Shown here: positions 40,998-51,222 of the stretch, one piece after another
How the letters are laid out: each line of letters starts with the position of its first letter
How positions within the stretch are numbered: the stretch's first letter is position 1
Assembly (NCBI GenBank): GCA_005239675.1
Contig: SBBO01000044.1
Span: forward strand, 5,408 to 69,407
Length of the DNA stretch: 64,000 nucleotides
Origin: Planctomycetales bacterium
GTDB taxonomy: Bacteria > Omnitrophota > Gorgyraeia > Zapsychrales > Zapsychraceae
Direction: 5' to 3'
Translations under genes and position numbers: made by a program
Notes under the pieces: model-generated
Databases searched by the model: none
Seen by the model: only the letters and a program-made list of their open reading frames with translations
Told to the model about the DNA's origin: nothing

Positions 40998-41692
40998 GAA
41001 GGAGGAGTTCCGGGGGGTTCCGAGTCTTTGTCCTCAAGCGTTTTGACCCGCCGAACGAGGTCTCGCAGATGCTGCATGATAGGGTCAGAGACATGGATGT
41101 GATCCATCAACAGATCCATCTTCTTGCCTTCTTGTCTGGTGATGTGTCCTGGCACACCCACGACCGTGGCATTGGATGGGACATCCCGGATGATGACGGC
41201 ATTCGCGCCGACATAGCTATTATCGCCAATGATGATATTACCTAACACCTTAGCGCCGGTACCGATGACGACATTGTTGCCTATGGTCGGATGCCTCTTG
41301 CCTGTTTCCTTACCGGTCCCGCCGAGCGTGACGCCTTGAAACAACGTCACATTGTCTCCGATAATTGCCGTCTCGCCGATGACGACCCCCATGCCATGGT
41401 CAATGAAAAGCCCTCGACCAATCTGGGCGCCGGGATGGATTTCTATCCCCGTGAAGAAACGTGTCCATTGAGAAAAGGCCCTGGGCAAAAATGGTATCTT
41501 CCATTGCCATAATAGATGGTTAATCCGGTGGGCCACGACCGCATGGAGGCCCGGATACAAAAGGACAATCTCCACAACACTCTTAGCAGCTGGGTCACGT
41601 TCTTTGGTCGACTGGATCTCAACACGAAAAAAAATCGACACCATTAAAATCCATACAACAAAGATCAAAAAAAACACCTGAAGAAATATCAT
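40994..41692 (-). CDS. cysE: serine O-acetyltransferase with a hydrophobic N-terminal extension
   Basis: 232 aa. Motif [21 protein letters not shown] and hexapeptide repeats [28 protein letters not shown]. The ATG at 41692 overlaps the ispF stop (ATGA). The first ~20 aa ([22 protein letters not shown]) look like a TM helix. Confidence 0.85.
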   Translation of the reverse strand: MIFLQVFFLIFVVWILMVSIFFRVEIQSTKERDPAAKSVVEIVLLYPGLHAVVAHRINHLLWQWKIPFLPRAFSQWTRFFTGIEIHPGAQIGRGLFIDHGMGVVIGETAIIGDNVTLFQGVTLGGTGKETGKRHPTIGNNVVIGTGAKVLGNIIIGDNSYVGANAVIIRDVPSNATVVGVPGHITRQEGKKMDLLMDHIHVSDPIMQHLRDLVRRVKTLEDKDSEPPGTPPS

Positions 41693-42177
41693 GGCTGCCT
41701 CTCTAATAAGACGGTTGCCCAGCAGGCGATGCCTTGGCCCTGCCCGATGGCCCCTAGGCCTTCGTTGGTTGTCGCCTTAATATTAATAAGATCTTCATCT
41801 ATATGCAAGATCTTAGCAATGACCGTGATCATTTTTGATTTATAGCTCTTTAAGTGGGGTTGCTCAGCCTGAATAACCACATCCACATTACCAACCGCAT
41901 AATGCCCTTGCGCAACAAGGGTATACACCCGCTCCAGCAAGACGACGCTCGCAATATCTTTATATTGGATATCCGTCGATGGGAAATGTTCCCCAATATC
42001 ACCCTGACCGATCGCCCCCAAGAGGGCATCAGCTACGGCATGAAGAACAACATCGGCGTCCGAATGCCCATCAAGGCCTTGAGGATAAGGGATCTTAATG
42101 CCCCCTAAGATCAGTGGACGCCCCTTCATCAGGCGATGGATATCATAACCTATTCCCACGCGATATGGAGAAGGCAT
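41689..42177 (-). CDS. ispF: 2-C-methyl-D-erythritol 2,4-cyclodiphosphate synthase
   Basis: 162 aa. Motifs GIGYDIHR and [11 protein letters not shown]. Confidence 0.93.
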   Translation of the reverse strand: MPSPYRVGIGYDIHRLMKGRPLILGGIKIPYPQGLDGHSDADVVLHAVADALLGAIGQGDIGEHFPSTDIQYKDIASVVLLERVYTLVAQGHYAVGNVDVVIQAEQPHLKSYKSKMITVIAKILHIDEDLINIKATTNEGLGAIGQGQGIACWATVLLERQP

Positions 42178-42179
42178 GT

Positions 42180-42878
42180 TTAGATAACCGACGCGCGGGC
42201 ATTCAAGAGCGCCTCGGCTATAATCAAATCGGTGTTGGTCGTGATTTTAATATTCTCGTAATCACCTTTGATAATCTTAACAGGCATCTCAAGCTGCTCA
42301 ACAAGATTCGCATCATCTGTAGGAATGGTGCTATTTTTTCTCATTCGGGCATAAGCCTGCTGTAGGATTTCTTTCCTAAAGACTTGGGGTGTCTGGGCCT
42401 CCCATAACTCGTCACGACTCAAAGTCTCCTGAACCAACAAGGTGCGCGGATCAACTCGCTTAATGGTCGGATTCACCGGAACAGCAACAACAACGGCCCC
42501 ATGAATAGCGCAGGCGCTGATGGCCTCCTGAATTGTGTTAGGCCTCACGAGTGGCCTGGCCCCATCGTGAACGACGACGATATTCGTCTCTTTACCCACC
42601 TCCTGAAGGCCGTTATAGACAGAGGCACAGCGCGTGGCACCGCCTTTGACAATACGCTCTACCTTCTGGAGCTTGTAATGATTCACCACATTTTCAAAGT
42701 CCAGGATATGATCTTCGTGAATAACGACAATAACACCATCAATACTAGGACATTGCTCAAAGACCTCAAGGCAATACACGCACAAGGGCTTACCGCTCAC
42801 AATCACCAACGGCTTTGGGGTCGCAGTCTTTAGGCGCGTCCCCAAACCACCAGCCGCTATAATCACCTTGGTTATCAT
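42180..42878 (-). CDS. ispD: 2-C-methyl-D-erythritol 4-phosphate cytidylyltransferase
   Basis: 232 aa. Motifs IIAAGGLGTRL and VVVHDGARP. Confidence 0.92.
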   Translation of the reverse strand: MITKVIIAAGGLGTRLKTATPKPLVIVSGKPLCVYCLEVFEQCPSIDGVIVVIHEDHILDFENVVNHYKLQKVERIVKGGATRCASVYNGLQEVGKETNIVVVHDGARPLVRPNTIQEAISACAIHGAVVVAVPVNPTIKRVDPRTLLVQETLSRDELWEAQTPQVFRKEILQQAYARMRKNSTIPTDDANLVEQLEMPVKIIKGDYENIKITTNTDLIIAEALLNARASVI

Positions 42879-42897
42879 AAAAAATTAAAAATTACAC

Positions 42898-43875
42898 CTA
42901 GATTAGTTTGGCAAAGATTATTTTACCGCCCTGAGTCGGTAGGATGGAAGTCACGATAACAGGCACCTTCTTACCGAGCAGGCCCTTAGCATCACTGACC
43001 ACGATCATCGTGCCATCTTCCAAGAAGGCGACTGCCTGATTGGGTTCTTTGCCCTCCCGGACGAGAAGCACCTCTAACCGTTCGTCGGTCAACACAGTCA
43101 ATCTAACGGCATTGGCTAGCTCATGGACATTTAATACCTCCACCCCTTGAAGGGTAGCAAGGTGACCCAGGTTTAAATCCGTGGTGCATATGCGCGCATC
43201 CATCATCTTGGCAAGTCTAACGAGTTTTTCGTCCACTTGGGAGATCTCGGACAAGTCGTCCTCGTGAATATAGATATGGACCTTGGTGTCATTCTGCATC
43301 TGGCGTAGCAATTCCAGGGCTCTTCGACCGCGCCCGCGCCTAAGGCTATCACCAGAATCAGCTATTTTTTGTAACTCCTGCAAGACACAGCGAGGCACGA
43401 CCAATCTTCCAGATAGAAAATGCGTCTTATAAATATCCATTATTCTGCCATCGATAATGACGCTCGTATCAAGCAGGAGATCCTCTCCATGTAGGTCCTG
43501 ACGCTTGAAGCGGACGTAAGGGATAATCACGCTAAATTCATCTTTACTGCGCAATGCCATGACCGCCCCGAAATACGAAAAAACAAGCGTCAGGATGACC
43601 CGCAAAACGGCATGCAGGGCCATATCAAGAGACAATAGCGCAATAATGTCGGAGATCAGTTTGGCCATGAAAATCCCCAGCAAAAGACCAAAGACCATAC
43701 TGGAAAGCCCTTTGACCGAAACCCGCTGAAGGCGTTTCTCCACAAAGATGATCAGAAATCCACTTAAAAGACCGATCTGTGTGCCCAATAAAGAGTCCTG
43801 GGTGAAGGTGCCGATGTAATAGCCAACAACCCCGCTCATGATCACGAATAAACTGCGGATGAATAATAATGTCAT
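42898..43875 (-). CDS. yacL: membrane-anchored PIN/TRAM domain protein (YacL-like)
   Basis: 325 aa. Four N-terminal TM helices, a PIN domain (LLLDTSVIIDGR), and a C-terminal TRAM-like beta domain. Positioned between radA and ispD, as in Bacillus. Confidence 0.8.
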   Translation of the reverse strand: MTLLFIRSLFVIMSGVVGYYIGTFTQDSLLGTQIGLLSGFLIIFVEKRLQRVSVKGLSSMVFGLLLGIFMAKLISDIIALLSLDMALHAVLRVILTLVFSYFGAVMALRSKDEFSVIIPYVRFKRQDLHGEDLLLDTSVIIDGRIMDIYKTHFLSGRLVVPRCVLQELQKIADSGDSLRRGRGRRALELLRQMQNDTKVHIYIHEDDLSEISQVDEKLVRLAKMMDARICTTDLNLGHLATLQGVEVLNVHELANAVRLTVLTDERLEVLLVREGKEPNQAVAFLEDGTMIVVSDAKGLLGKKVPVIVTSILPTQGGKIIFAKLI

Positions 43876-43892
43876 TTAAAAATCACCAGATA

Positions 43893-45254
43893 TTATGTTA
43901 GTCTATCTACAGCTTGCTTGACTGTTTCGACACCGACAACTTTTATCTTTTGGGCATTCAAGTCTATATTCATTCTCAGATTATTTTGTGGAACAATGCA
44001 GCGTTTAAACCCAAGTTTTTGTGCCTCATGGATACGGACAGCAAGCTGCGGCACGCTACGTACCTCTGCCGAAAGCCCGACCTCCCCCAAGATAATCGTA
44101 TCAAAGGCAATCGGTTTGTCCAATAACGCTGAGGCCAGAGCCACGATGACCCCTAAATCGGCAGCTGGATCCATTAGTTTAACGCCGCCAACAACATTTA
44201 AAAAAATGTCTTTATCCTGGAGATTCAACTCTAATCTTTTTTCCAAGACCGCGACCAGCATGGCCAGACGATTAGGGTCGAAACCTTGAGCCTTATGGCG
44301 CACCATCCCAAAGGTAGAGCGGCTGATTAAGCCCTGGACCTCCACCAACAATGGACGCGTCCCTTCAATGATGGGGATCACCACTGAACCGGAAGTATCC
44401 ACGGGACGTTCCGATAAGAATATTTCAGACGGATTGAGCACCTCCCGCAAACCATCAGCGGCCATCTCAAAAACACCTATTTCGTTGGTCGAACCAAACC
44501 TGTTTTTGATGGCCCGCAGCACCCGATACATGGAATAACGCTCGCCTTCAAAATAGAGAACCGTATCGACGATGTGCTCCAAGACTCGTGGACCAGCCAG
44601 CATACCATCTTTAGTGACGTGTCCGATAATAAAGAGGCCAATACCTTTCGTCTTGGCCAGATGGGTCAGTATGGCTGCACATTCCCTGACCTGGCTGACA
44701 CTTCCTGGCGAGGAAGTGATTTCACGATCGTAAAGGACCTGAATGGAATCAATCACCACCACCTCCGGCGCCATTTTTTCGATGTATCCCAGGATCACGC
44801 CCAGATCCACCTGATTGACGATATATAAAGTCTTGTTCTTCCGAGCCCCGAGGCGCTGAGCGCGCAATCGCGTCTGCTGGACAGACTCCTCCCCGCTGAC
44901 ATAAAGAATGCGGTAACCTTTTTCGCTCAAGGCCGAGCCAATTTGTAGGGAAAGTGTTGATTTTCCAATGCCCGGATCTCCACCGATGAGCGTGACCGAA
45001 CCGCGGACTATGCCACCGCCAAGCACGCGGTCAAACTCACCGACCTGTGTCTTCCAGCGCTCTTCTTGTTCCAAGGATATCTCATGGAGGAGTACCGGTT
45101 CATCCCTGAAGACGATGTTGCCTTTTCTTTCCGTCAGAGGCTGGACATGCTCCTCAACATAAGTATTCCAGTCCTGGCAGTTCGGGCAGCGGCCGAGCCA
45201 CTTAGGCGATTGGGTACCACAATTTTGACAAACAAAGAGGGTCTTAATTTTCAT
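43893..45254 (-). CDS. radA: DNA repair protein RadA/Sms
   Basis: ORF trimmed to the ATG at 45254 (MKIKTLFVCQNCG), which overlaps the mlaD stop (ATGA). Zinc finger CQNCG...CPNC, Walker A GDPGIGKST, the KNRFG motif, and a Lon-like C-terminal domain. Confidence 0.93.
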   Translation of the reverse strand: MKIKTLFVCQNCGTQSPKWLGRCPNCQDWNTYVEEHVQPLTERKGNIVFRDEPVLLHEISLEQEERWKTQVGEFDRVLGGGIVRGSVTLIGGDPGIGKSTLSLQIGSALSEKGYRILYVSGEESVQQTRLRAQRLGARKNKTLYIVNQVDLGVILGYIEKMAPEVVVIDSIQVLYDREITSSPGSVSQVRECAAILTHLAKTKGIGLFIIGHVTKDGMLAGPRVLEHIVDTVLYFEGERYSMYRVLRAIKNRFGSTNEIGVFEMAADGLREVLNPSEIFLSERPVDTSGSVVIPIIEGTRPLLVEVQGLISRSTFGMVRHKAQGFDPNRLAMLVAVLEKRLELNLQDKDIFLNVVGGVKLMDPAADLGVIVALASALLDKPIAFDTIILGEVGLSAEVRSVPQLAVRIHEAQKLGFKRCIVPQNNLRMNIDLNAQKIKVVGVETVKQAVDRLT

Positions 45255-45937
45255 TTTCTCGGTCGATACAATAACTTCCACGGATTGGCCCGCAAATCCG
45301 CCGTTAACCCATGCAAATCTTCGTACATGCGCCGATCATATAAAAGCATCCCTAGGGTGCCTTGGCCGCCTCGGATATCAGAGGTAATCTGGGTTAAATT
45401 TTCTGTCAACAGACTGAAATCATTCCAGGTATCGCCAATAGATGCTTTGATGGTTTTGTCATTGATCATTTTATCGAGACCAGTCGCCACCTCCATAATC
45501 TTTTGGGCAATGGCCTCTTGGGCGACAGGGTCTATCCCGACAAGCGCTTGGTCTTCTCCAAGAAACTCTGTCGTATCCTTGCCCGGTATAATTTCTATAT
45601 ATTTTTCCCCCATCAATCCCAATTGGTTGATCATAATGACCGAATCCTGCGGGATCTGCAGCTCTTTTTTGATCCACAGGTTGATTTGCGCTTTTATCTT
45701 TTGATCCTTGGCATCAAAGAAAAGCTGTAAGTCCTTAACGATCCCCTGGTCCACGCCAGCAACCCTTACCGGGGCACTCTTCTTGAGGCCATTGGCAAAT
45801 CCAAAAACGACTTTGAGGGTATTACCTTGTTCAAAAACAGGAGAATCTGATATGGAAAAAATAAAGAATATCAGCAAGATGATGGCCAAAGAAACAAACA
45901 AACCGACCTTAAATGCTAAGTTCTTTTCTTGAGGCAT
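45251..45937 (-). CDS. mlaD: MCE-domain outer-membrane lipid asymmetry protein MlaD
   Basis: 228 aa. N-terminal TM anchor plus an MCE domain (VVFGFANGLKKSAPVRVAGVDQGIV). Confidence 0.82.
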   Translation of the reverse strand: MPQEKNLAFKVGLFVSLAIILLIFFIFSISDSPVFEQGNTLKVVFGFANGLKKSAPVRVAGVDQGIVKDLQLFFDAKDQKIKAQINLWIKKELQIPQDSVIMINQLGLMGEKYIEIIPGKDTTEFLGEDQALVGIDPVAQEAIAQKIMEVATGLDKMINDKTIKASIGDTWNDFSLLTENLTQITSDIRGGQGTLGMLLYDRRMYEDLHGLTADLRANPWKLLYRPRK

Positions 45938-45984
45938 CGCGTCTCTCCTTATATGGTCGACATGCTAGTACCTCGTCAGAAACA

Positions 45985-46758
45985 TTAGTCCGTGTATCCA
46001 AAAATCAGATTTTCGTTCTCCGTGATTGGCCCTTTAGCCTCGCCCTTAATGAACTGCCGAACAACAGGGTGTTGGGTGTCTCGGATCTCCTGCGGTGTGC
46101 CCTCAGCGAGGATATGTCCGAGATACAGCATCACGATATGATCAGCCACCTTGTAGGCCGAATTTATGTCGTGGGTCACTACAATGGAGGTGACTTTCAG
46201 TTTATGCCGCAAATCAATAATCAAATTATTGATGACATCCGAGGTAATAGGATCCACCCCTGTTGTCGGCTCATCATAAAAAATAATGCGTGGCTCCATG
46301 CACAGGACCCTGGCAAGACTGACACGCTTTCTCATCCCTCCGCTTAATTCAGAGGGCATCATTTTTTCTATCCCGGATAGACCCACCATCCCTAGGCACC
46401 GCTCGACTTTAGCCTGAATGGCCTTTTTATCCAGCTTCATAAACTCGTTGAGCACAAAGGACACGTTCTCACCAACATTCATCGAGTCGAACAAGGCACC
46501 TCCCTGAAAGACCATACCCATCAGCATGCGGATCTTGTTGTATTCCCGTTCGTTTAAAGTGGTAACCTCAACGCCGTTGATTTTAATTGAACCCGAGTCA
46601 GGCCTCAATATTCCTATGATATTCTTTAACAGCACACTCTTGCCGGTCCCCGAGCGGCCGATGATAACCTTAGTCTCCCCTTCGTGGATCGTCAAATTAC
46701 AATCGTTAAGGATGATGTGATTGCCGAAAGACTTATGTAAATTTTTTATCTCAATCAT
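45985..46758 (-). CDS. mlaF: ABC transporter ATP-binding protein MlaF
   Basis: ORF trimmed to the ATG at 46758 (MIEIKNLHKSFG). Walker A GRSGTGKS, signature LSGGMRKRVSLARVL, and Walker B IFYDEPTTGVD. Confidence 0.85.
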   Translation of the reverse strand: MIEIKNLHKSFGNHIILNDCNLTIHEGETKVIIGRSGTGKSVLLKNIIGILRPDSGSIKINGVEVTTLNEREYNKIRMLMGMVFQGGALFDSMNVGENVSFVLNEFMKLDKKAIQAKVERCLGMVGLSGIEKMMPSELSGGMRKRVSLARVLCMEPRIIFYDEPTTGVDPITSDVINNLIIDLRHKLKVTSIVVTHDINSAYKVADHIVMLYLGHILAEGTPQEIRDTQHPVVRQFIKGEAKGPITENENLIFGYTD

Positions 46759-47546
46759 TACGTGTTGAAGATAAAATAAAATAGGGTCGTAAACAAACAA
46801 TCTGTCATGATAATTAAAATAAAGGAGGACACAACCGATATAGTGGTTGCCCTGCCTACCCCTTCTGCGCCGCTACGAACATTTAAACCATGATGACACC
46901 CGACTAAGGCAATGATGGCCCCGAAAGAAATGGTCTTAAGTAAACCCGTTACAACGTCTCTGATCTCCAATGAATCGGCGATCATCGTGATATAAAGCGC
47001 AGGGCTGATATACAGCTTGGTCGTGCAGATCGCAAACCCACCCACAATACCTATCAAGTCGGCAAAGATAGTCAATACCGGCAGCATAAGGATAAGCCCC
47101 AGGAATCGGGGCACGACCAGATACTTGACTGGATTAACGGCAAAGGCCTTAAGGGCCTCAATCTGCTCGGTTACTGCCATAGAACCTAATTCCGCCGTGA
47201 TACCGGCACCTATCCTTCCGGCTACAATCAGTGCGGTTAAGACAGGGGCAAGTTCTCGGGTAAGAGAGACCGCAATCACATTAGGGATGTAGATCTCCGC
47301 AGAGAGTTTGGTCATCTGATAGGCCATCTGAAGGGCCATAATCACTCCAATAAAAAAGGCAATCAATGCCGAGATAAAAAAACTCCCTGGGCCTATGCGC
47401 TGAGCCTGGACCAGCACCCGAGACCATTTAAATGGAGGGACACAGGCGAGATATACGGCTTGTCCACCAAGAATCGATAATTCCCCAATGTACAGAATCA
47501 GTCGGGAAATGGTACTTCTAAAGAACGTTAAGAGATATCCTATCAT
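46758..47546 (-). CDS. mlaE: ABC transporter permease MlaE
   Basis: 262 aa. Typical MlaE/Ttg2B topology and motifs (TRELAPVLTALIVAGRIGAGITAELGSM). Confidence 0.85.
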   Translation of the reverse strand: MIGYLLTFFRSTISRLILYIGELSILGGQAVYLACVPPFKWSRVLVQAQRIGPGSFFISALIAFFIGVIMALQMAYQMTKLSAEIYIPNVIAVSLTRELAPVLTALIVAGRIGAGITAELGSMAVTEQIEALKAFAVNPVKYLVVPRFLGLILMLPVLTIFADLIGIVGGFAICTTKLYISPALYITMIADSLEIRDVVTGLLKTISFGAIIALVGCHHGLNVRSGAEGVGRATTISVVSSFILIIMTDCLFTTLFYFIFNT

Positions 47547-47567
47547 ACGCGATCGTCATTTATTTGC

Positions 47568-47708
47568 TAGATATCAACATATCGTGAGTTCTAAATTCGC
47601 AGCACGAAATCCTAGCCGCCGTCCGCTTATGTCCCGCTTCACATCCCCCTTCGGGGATAACCAGGGGCTTCGATATTCGGCTTTCAGATTTAATGTTGCT
47701 GATATCTA
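47568..47708 (-). other. unassigned structured intergenic element directly after the clpC stop
   Basis: Closing inverted repeat tagatatcaacat (47568-47580) pairs with atgttgctgatatcta (47693-47708). An internal 6-bp hairpin atcccc-cttc-ggggat lies at 47643-47658 (loop GAAG on the minus strand). The 73-aa ORF covering it has no protein-like features. Confidence 0.3.
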
Positions 47709-47712
47709 ACAG

Positions 47713-50151
47713 TTAAGAAATATTGCTGGGCGTTACGAATGTCAATTGCTCTGCTTTCCGACCGACTTTAACCTTACTGCCTTCCTTAAAGTTCCCCATA
47801 AGAATCTCTTCTGCCAGAGGATCTTCAAGAAGACGCTGAATGGTCCTTTTAAGGGGCCTTGCCCCATACACCGGGTCAAAACCCTTCTCGACAAGCAACT
47901 CAATGGCATCGAGGTCAAGCTCGATTTCAATTCGTTTGTCTTCCAGGCGTTTTTTGACATCAGCGATCTCGAGCTTAATGATATCGTAAAGACCCTCTTT
48001 GGTCAGTGACTTAAAGACAATAATATCATCGACACGGTTCAAGAATTCCGGCTTAAACGTTTTCTTGACCTCTTCTAATAGGCGCAGTTTTATGTCTTCG
48101 TAGGTGACATCTTCTTTCTGTGCCATAAAACCCAGGGACCCTTGCCTGCGCAGCATATCAGCCCCGACGTTGGAGGTCATGAGAATGATAGTATTACGAA
48201 AATCGACCTTCCTTCCCAGGCTGTCCGTCAGGCGCCCCTCTTCAAAGACCTGCAGAAGGATATTAAATACGTCTGGATGTGCCTTTTCAATTTCATCCAG
48301 CAAAATGACGGAATATGGTTTACGCCGGACTTTTTCAGTTAATTGGCCACCTTCTTCATAGCCCACGTAGCCTGGGGGGGCCCCTATTAAACGCGAGACA
48401 TTGAACTTATCCATATACTCAGACATATCTATCTGCACCAGGGCCCCTTTGCTGCCGAACATGAACTCCGCCAAGGCCTGCGCCAGGAGTGTCTTACCCA
48501 CACCCGTCGGACCCAAGAAAACAAATGAACCAATTGGGCGGCGTGGATTTTTAATCCCAGCGCGAGAGCGCCGGACAGCACGGGCAATCGCGTTAATGGG
48601 ATCCTCTTGACCAACGACCACTTTCTTTAGATGCTCTTCCATCTTCAAAAGTTTTTTCGTCTCTTCTTCCTCGAGCTGGACTAACGGGATCTTAGTCCAT
48701 TGGGAGACGATCCTGGCTATATCCTCATAACCGATGACCAGCGTTGCTTTATCCCGCTCTTGCGACCACTTCTTCTTGATCTCTTCCAATTCGGCACGCG
48801 CCTCCCGCTCCAGATCGCGCACCTTGGCGGCCTTTTCGAAATCCTGGCTTTTGATATGTGACTCTTTTTCTTTCTTGAATGATTCTATACTTCCTTCCAA
48901 TCCCTTCATATTATCAGGAACAACCATCGCATTGAGTCGCGCACGCGACCCGGCCTCATCGAGGATGTCCACTGCTTTATCCGGTAGCGCTCGTCCCGAG
49001 ATATAACGATCTGAGAGGCGGACAGCCGCGTCCAACGATTCATCCGAAAATTTGACCCGGTGATGGGCCTCGTATTTATCCCGCAGGCCATTGAGGATTT
49101 GAATGGCCTCATCGACGGAAGGAGGCTCTACCATAATCGTTTGGAATCGACGTTCGAGCGCAGCGTCCTTCTCAATATGCTTACGATATTCATCCAGCGT
49201 TGTTGCGCCAATGCATTGTATCTCACCGCGGGCCAGGGCGGGTTTAAGGATGTTGGCCGCATCGATAGCCCCCTCGGCGGCACCAGCACCCACCAGCGTA
49301 TGCAACTCATCGATAAAAAGAATAATCTTTCCAGAACGCTTAATCTCATCCATGACTGCCTTGATACGCTCCTCGAACTGTCCACGGTATTTTGTGCCGG
49401 CAATCATTAATGCTAGGTCCAAGACAACAATGGTCTTATCGCGCAGCACCTCTGGTACCTCACCTTTTACGATGAGCTGCGCGAGACCCTCAACAATAGC
49501 CGTCTTTCCCACCCCCGCCTCACCCAACAGGACTGGATTGTTCTTCGTCCGGCGGCTCAAGATCTGTAAGATACGTTCGATCTCTTCTTTACGCCCGATG
49601 ACAGGGTCGAGCTTCCCCTCTCTGGCCAATTTGTTGAGATTGCGCCCATAGGCGTCGATCGCGGGTGTCTTATCGGATGACTTGACAGGCTCCTGGGTAC
49701 CATACCCAGGGATACCGGAGCCCAAAAGCTCCATGACTTCATTACGCAATTTTGCAAGATCCAGTCCTAAATTCAACAACACGCGGTACGCCATGCCTTC
49801 GCCTTCCTTGACTAATCCCAATAATAGATGCTCGGTGCCGATGTAATTGTGTCCCAACGCCCGAGCCTCTTCGGCAGAAAGCTCGAGTGCCTTTTTCGAA
49901 CGCGGCGTAAACGGGATATCACCTAAGACCTGAGTTTGCGGCCCAGGCTGCACCAATTTCTCCACTTCAATGCGAATCGTCTCCAAATTGATTCCCAGCT
50001 TCTGCAAAACGGCGGCAGCGACTCCTTCACCCTCACGCACGAGGCCTAAGAGAAGGTGTTCTGTTCCAATATAGTCGTGGTTGAAACGTCGCGCCTCCTC
50101 CTTAGCGTAAACAATGACCTTACGCGCCCTTTCGGTAAATCTATTAAACAT
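47713..50151 (-). CDS. clpC: ATP-dependent Clp protease ATP-binding subunit ClpC
   Basis: 812 aa. Duplicated Clp_N repeats, two AAA+ modules (GEAGVGKT and GPTGVGKT), and a UVR-like middle domain. Confidence 0.92.
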   Translation of the reverse strand: MFNRFTERARKVIVYAKEEARRFNHDYIGTEHLLLGLVREGEGVAAAVLQKLGINLETIRIEVEKLVQPGPQTQVLGDIPFTPRSKKALELSAEEARALGHNYIGTEHLLLGLVKEGEGMAYRVLLNLGLDLAKLRNEVMELLGSGIPGYGTQEPVKSSDKTPAIDAYGRNLNKLAREGKLDPVIGRKEEIERILQILSRRTKNNPVLLGEAGVGKTAIVEGLAQLIVKGEVPEVLRDKTIVVLDLALMIAGTKYRGQFEERIKAVMDEIKRSGKIILFIDELHTLVGAGAAEGAIDAANILKPALARGEIQCIGATTLDEYRKHIEKDAALERRFQTIMVEPPSVDEAIQILNGLRDKYEAHHRVKFSDESLDAAVRLSDRYISGRALPDKAVDILDEAGSRARLNAMVVPDNMKGLEGSIESFKKEKESHIKSQDFEKAAKVRDLEREARAELEEIKKKWSQERDKATLVIGYEDIARIVSQWTKIPLVQLEEEETKKLLKMEEHLKKVVVGQEDPINAIARAVRRSRAGIKNPRRPIGSFVFLGPTGVGKTLLAQALAEFMFGSKGALVQIDMSEYMDKFNVSRLIGAPPGYVGYEEGGQLTEKVRRKPYSVILLDEIEKAHPDVFNILLQVFEEGRLTDSLGRKVDFRNTIILMTSNVGADMLRRQGSLGFMAQKEDVTYEDIKLRLLEEVKKTFKPEFLNRVDDIIVFKSLTKEGLYDIIKLEIADVKKRLEDKRIEIELDLDAIELLVEKGFDPVYGARPLKRTIQRLLEDPLAEEILMGNFKEGSKVKVGRKAEQLTFVTPSNIS

Positions 50152-50154
50152 GGA

Positions 50155-51204
50155 TCATCCTCCTAATTTCTTACGAATAAGACTGGCTCTTTGAGTGTCC
50201 CGTTCAGTCGATGACAATTTCCTTCCTTCTAACTTCTGTAAATGTGCCGGCTGGATCATGATGAATAATTCGTTAATCGCATGGCGAGTCACGTCCTTGA
50301 TAACACCCAGATCAATCCCCAGGCGTAGCATGGAGAGCAACTCCACCGTTTCTTGGCTGGAAATGATATGGGCATTGCGCAGCACCCCATAAGAACGAAA
50401 AATTTTATCCTCCAGGACTGGGCGGTTCTGAAGGATCAATGCCTGTCGGGCTTGCTCTTCCTGCTCAATGACCTGACAGATAAGTCCATGGATGTTCGAA
50501 ATGACATCCTGTTCGCTGTGGCCCATCGAGACCTGGTTCGATATCTGATAAAAATTGCCACTAGCCTGGGTGCCTTCACCATAAAAACCCCGTGAGGCAA
50601 AATTCAGCTTCGAGATAGCATTTAAGACCTTACTGATCTGTTTAGTCATGACCAGCGCTGGCAAATGCAGCATAACCGACCCACGCATGGCGGTGCCTGT
50701 ATTCGTTGGACAAGCAGTCAGATACCCCCACTGCAGCGAATAGGCAAAATCCAATTTCTGGGCGAGGGTGTCGTCGATCGTATCGGCTATTTTCCACGTC
50801 TCATCCAAATCAAAACCAGGCTTCATCACCTGAAGGCGTAGGTGATCTTCCTCGTTGATCATAACCGACAGCACTTCTTCCTTAGAGACGACCAAGGCCT
50901 TTCCTTCCGGATTAGCCGCATGCTCATGGCTCATCAGATGACGCTCGATCAAAAACTGCTTATCCACATTGTCCAGATCATTGATCTTGATAAAAAGCGA
51001 ATTCTTGAAATAATCAATAGCCTTCATGGCTGCCTGAACCATCTCCATGACATCTTGGAGATCCTTTTTCCTGGCTTTATTCGGCAACGGCCGCTTGACC
51101 AGATTTCTAGCCAGACGTATCCGTGAGGACATGACGATATTGGCGTTTGTCCCTGCCCCCAGCAACCACTGACCTGTTGTATGAACAAAATCGTTGAGTT
51201 CCAT
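50155..51204 (-). CDS. mcsB: protein arginine kinase McsB
   Basis: 349 aa. Phosphagen-kinase catalytic domain with CPTNTGTAMRGSVMLHLP. Lies between mcsA and clpC. Confidence 0.88.
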   Translation of the reverse strand: MELNDFVHTTGQWLLGAGTNANIVMSSRIRLARNLVKRPLPNKARKKDLQDVMEMVQAAMKAIDYFKNSLFIKINDLDNVDKQFLIERHLMSHEHAANPEGKALVVSKEEVLSVMINEEDHLRLQVMKPGFDLDETWKIADTIDDTLAQKLDFAYSLQWGYLTACPTNTGTAMRGSVMLHLPALVMTKQISKVLNAISKLNFASRGFYGEGTQASGNFYQISNQVSMGHSEQDVISNIHGLICQVIEQEEQARQALILQNRPVLEDKIFRSYGVLRNAHIISSQETVELLSMLRLGIDLGVIKDVTRHAINELFIMIQPAHLQKLEGRKLSSTERDTQRASLIRKKLGG

Positions 51205-51222
51205 AATCTCTTATAGCCGCTA

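Noticed and set aside
45066-45704. 212-aa plus-strand ORF, together with similar long antisense ORFs at 57936-58721, 29895-30542, 53578-54114, 53960-54499, 49103-49651 and 20117-20620
   Set aside because: Each lies entirely antisense to a confidently identified gene (radA/mlaD, xth, pgk, lolC/E, clpC, glgC). Each has low-complexity composition rich in R, S and P with no recognisable motifs. These are shadow ORFs.
47568-47708. SRP (4.5S) RNA or 6S RNA
   Set aside because: A GNAR-like loop (GAAG) and paired ends are present. However, the conserved helix-8 internal-loop sequences (AGGUCCGGAAGGAAGCAGCC-like) are not recognisable, and the arms are asymmetric by about 26 nt. I cannot assign it without a covariance model.
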